Assembly: GCA_964276515.1 (NCBI GenBank)
Contig: OZ193910.1
Span: forward strand, 2,294,001-2,358,000
Length of the DNA stretch: 64,000 nt
Reading direction: 5' to 3'
Source of the DNA: Gordius albopunctatus
Taxonomy: Eukaryota
Part shown: positions 61,731 through 64,000 of the stretch, in pieces
Numbering within the stretch: the first letter of the stretch is position 1
Layout: each line of letters begins with the position of its first letter
The notes under the pieces: generated by a model
What the model was told of the DNA's origin: nothing
The model's input: the letters and a program-made list of their open reading frames with translations, nothing else
Database searches by the model: none
Program-made: the position numbers and the translations under genes

Positions 61731-62118
61731 TAGTGCTGTAATAACGGCAGAATTTTTTTTGGAGCTTTAGTTTTTGTCGATTAAACATAAACTGACCAAA
61801 TGTTTGTGAGTAAAAAATTTCCAATAGCTGTTTGTAACACTAAGGTAGTGAGCTTCTTTAGATATTTGGATAAGGGGTGATGTTCGGCTATCCAAGCCTG
61901 ACAGCCGTGTTGACGACGTGTTTTTTAATCTTTTGAAATAAGTGGCAGAGGCGGGATTGAACCTGCGAGCTCTTGCTTCAAAGACTAAACCTATACCCAC
62001 TACGCCACCACGCCCCTCAAATGTTTGTGAGTAATAGACCAAAAAAACCGTTGGTCTGTTTATGTTTAGTCGGCTAAAATGAAAGGTCGATAAAACAAGA
62101 CAAAGCCATTTTTACAAC
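61731..62118. mobile_element. hAT-type MITE (29246 family), interrupted by a SINE
   Basis: Starts TAGTGCTGTAATAACGGC; shares GTCGATTAAACATAA and TTTATGTTTAGTCGGCTAAAA..AAAGGTCG blocks; right TIR incomplete. Confidence 0.7.
61814..62017 (-). mobile_element. tRNA-derived SINE
   Basis: Minus-strand head GGGCGTGGTGGCGTAGTGG (A box) .. GGTTCAATCCC (B box); flanked by a 17-bp direct repeat CAAATGTTTGTGAGTAA (61797-61813, 62018-62034). Confidence 0.85.
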
Positions 62119-64000
62119 TGTTTTAAGGAGTATTAGATAAATTTCGAATTTCAATGACTCCAAATATATGTGACAAGTAATAAGACAAACTATAATTTAC
62201 TTTAGGTTATATTACTAATATAATTTCCTCGTATTAAATTAAAAAAGTCAAAGCATAGAGGACAAATTAAACTTACGGAGTTTTTTTATATTGGCCTGAT
62301 ATATTTCATATTAAATTTTTGCCAGATTCGGCTATGTATGACTAATAAACAGGTTAAAAGAATCATTAAATGCAATTTTTATCGTTGCACAAGTTACAAT
62401 GATTACAAAAGTGCAATATAATGCTGTGCAGATTTAAACTGGTAATATTGGTTTAGACGGGTTCAGGTTAATTTTAACGAGTTAATAAAAGGCTTGATTT
62501 TAGTGGGATCAAAAAAACACACATATCCATTTTGGGCATCCGATTCTATGCAACTAACCAAATATTGGAACTTACAGGCTAGCTTGTGGCCAAGTTATGC
62601 AAATACATACAATTTTAAAGCTTATGATGATTATAATCAAGTCGACTGTAAATAAAAATTAATTTTGATCTCTTTTACCCAAGTGTCATATATGTCACAT
62701 ATGGATTCGTTGAAGACGAGCAACGAGAGGCGCGGCATTTACCAGGTGCGGGACGATAGCAAGTGAGAGACAAAATAAATCTAGGAAGAGTAACGGGAAG
62801 GACGCAAAGGAGAATAACAACTGGCGCGGGACACACAAAGAGAGTATTATCAGAGGCAATAACAACTGGTGGAAGGAATGACAACTGGTGCAAGACACGA
62901 GAAGAAAAGAAGGGTATCCGAACGAAAGGGGGCATCGGCGAAGGCACATACAATATGAATTAATAAATTTTCTTGGATATAAATCGTTGGTGGCATAATT
63001 TTTACTTGAAATAAAATATTTATCGGAAGTACGAAATATTCTCGCACCTAATATTGGACGTACGATTTATTCGAGGACATAATATTCTCTGACCTAATTT
63101 TGGACTGACGGTTTAGTCACGGATATAATACCAAGGATTGATTTTTTATCAGTCTTATGTTCATATATGAATCTCAAATCTTAATTATCATGACCCCCCC
63201 TCTTCCCATCCCATTTAGTCCATTTAAATAAGGCATATGGGTATATCACATTTCGGCTACTAATTTAAGTCTGCATTTTTTAAGTGACATATATCTCTAA
63301 TAACACACGTCTACAAAAAACCATCCTGCAATCGGACCTATAATTCTGATAGAGAATTTTGCGCTAAACAATAATCTGTTTTTATTTTTTCCCAAAACTT
63401 CCAGTTTTTTAGATAAACGAGGTTGAAGGTGCAAAAATGCCCATTTTAACCTTTTTTAAGGCTATATTGCCACGGCATTTTAAATTTACACTGAAAATTA
63501 TTTATTACTGTAGATTAAAGTGTCGTTTATAGGTCTATTATTTTAGATTTTTTGTTTCACCTCTATATTTACATATATTCGCGTTGACGTGAAACCCTTT
63601 TCTTGTTAAAATTCGTCTTACTATGTTTAGAAAACGGAGCACACTAGAGTACATACTGCGTACCAGATGTTTACTAACATATCCCTCTCGCTTCACCTAT
63701 TCTCCTCTCTTTCTCATCGACTTACGCACCCTTCAGGTGTGCTTGGATAGATATGGGGGCGGGAATGATAGAGAAAAAAGAGAAGGGGAAAGGGAGAGAG
63801 AGAGATGTGTTAGTAAAAAACGCATGTGTAGTGTTTATTCTAATGTACTCGGTTTCACAAACATAGTGGGACGAATTGTAATAAGGGGAAGGGGTTCACG
63901 GAAACGCGAATATGGACTTATAGATAAAACTTTAATCTACAGGAATAAATATTTTTCAGTAAAAATTATAAATACCGTGGCAATATAGCCTCAAAAAAGG

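Noticed and set aside
61940..62015. Possible tRNA gene
   Set aside because: Poor cloverleaf pairing, continues into a SINE body and is flanked by a 17-bp TSD.
62684..63005. Purine-rich segment starting TGTCA with AATAAA, possible solo LTR
   Set aside because: No matching CA terminus, TSD or partner LTR found.

Overview
AT-rich eukaryotic (invertebrate-like metazoan) genomic DNA; no prokaryotic operon, CRISPR array or rRNA is visible. Four spliced host genes can be assembled by hand: a class C GPCR (-, 2425-10521), an evectin/PLEKHB-like PH-domain protein with a long Gly-rich tail (+, 17544-20024), the spliceosomal factor crooked neck/CRNKL1 (+, 44667-49691) and an IRS/DOK-type PTB docking protein (-, 53043 to at least 56755). 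The rest is a dense, nested collection of mostly decayed transposable elements: RTE-like and CRE-like LINEs, a Penelope RT remnant, Ty3/Gypsy elements, hAT and MULE DNA transposons, Helitrons, MITEs, a tRNA-derived SINE and a perfect (CATA)129 tract. Most notable: (1) a 411-bp TG..CA foldback element with 132-bp inverted arms, a 4-bp TSD and an LTR-like core, a relative of which sits in the promoter position of crooked neck; (2) a hAT element whose transposase is split across both strands by an internal inversion; (3) a Gypsy element whose two LTRs both end in TA instead of CA; (4) 32-45-nt micro-introns with degenerate splice signals in both host genes and transposases. All calls come from manual reading and motif recall; no database search was run. 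I found no clear-cut new multi-gene system.
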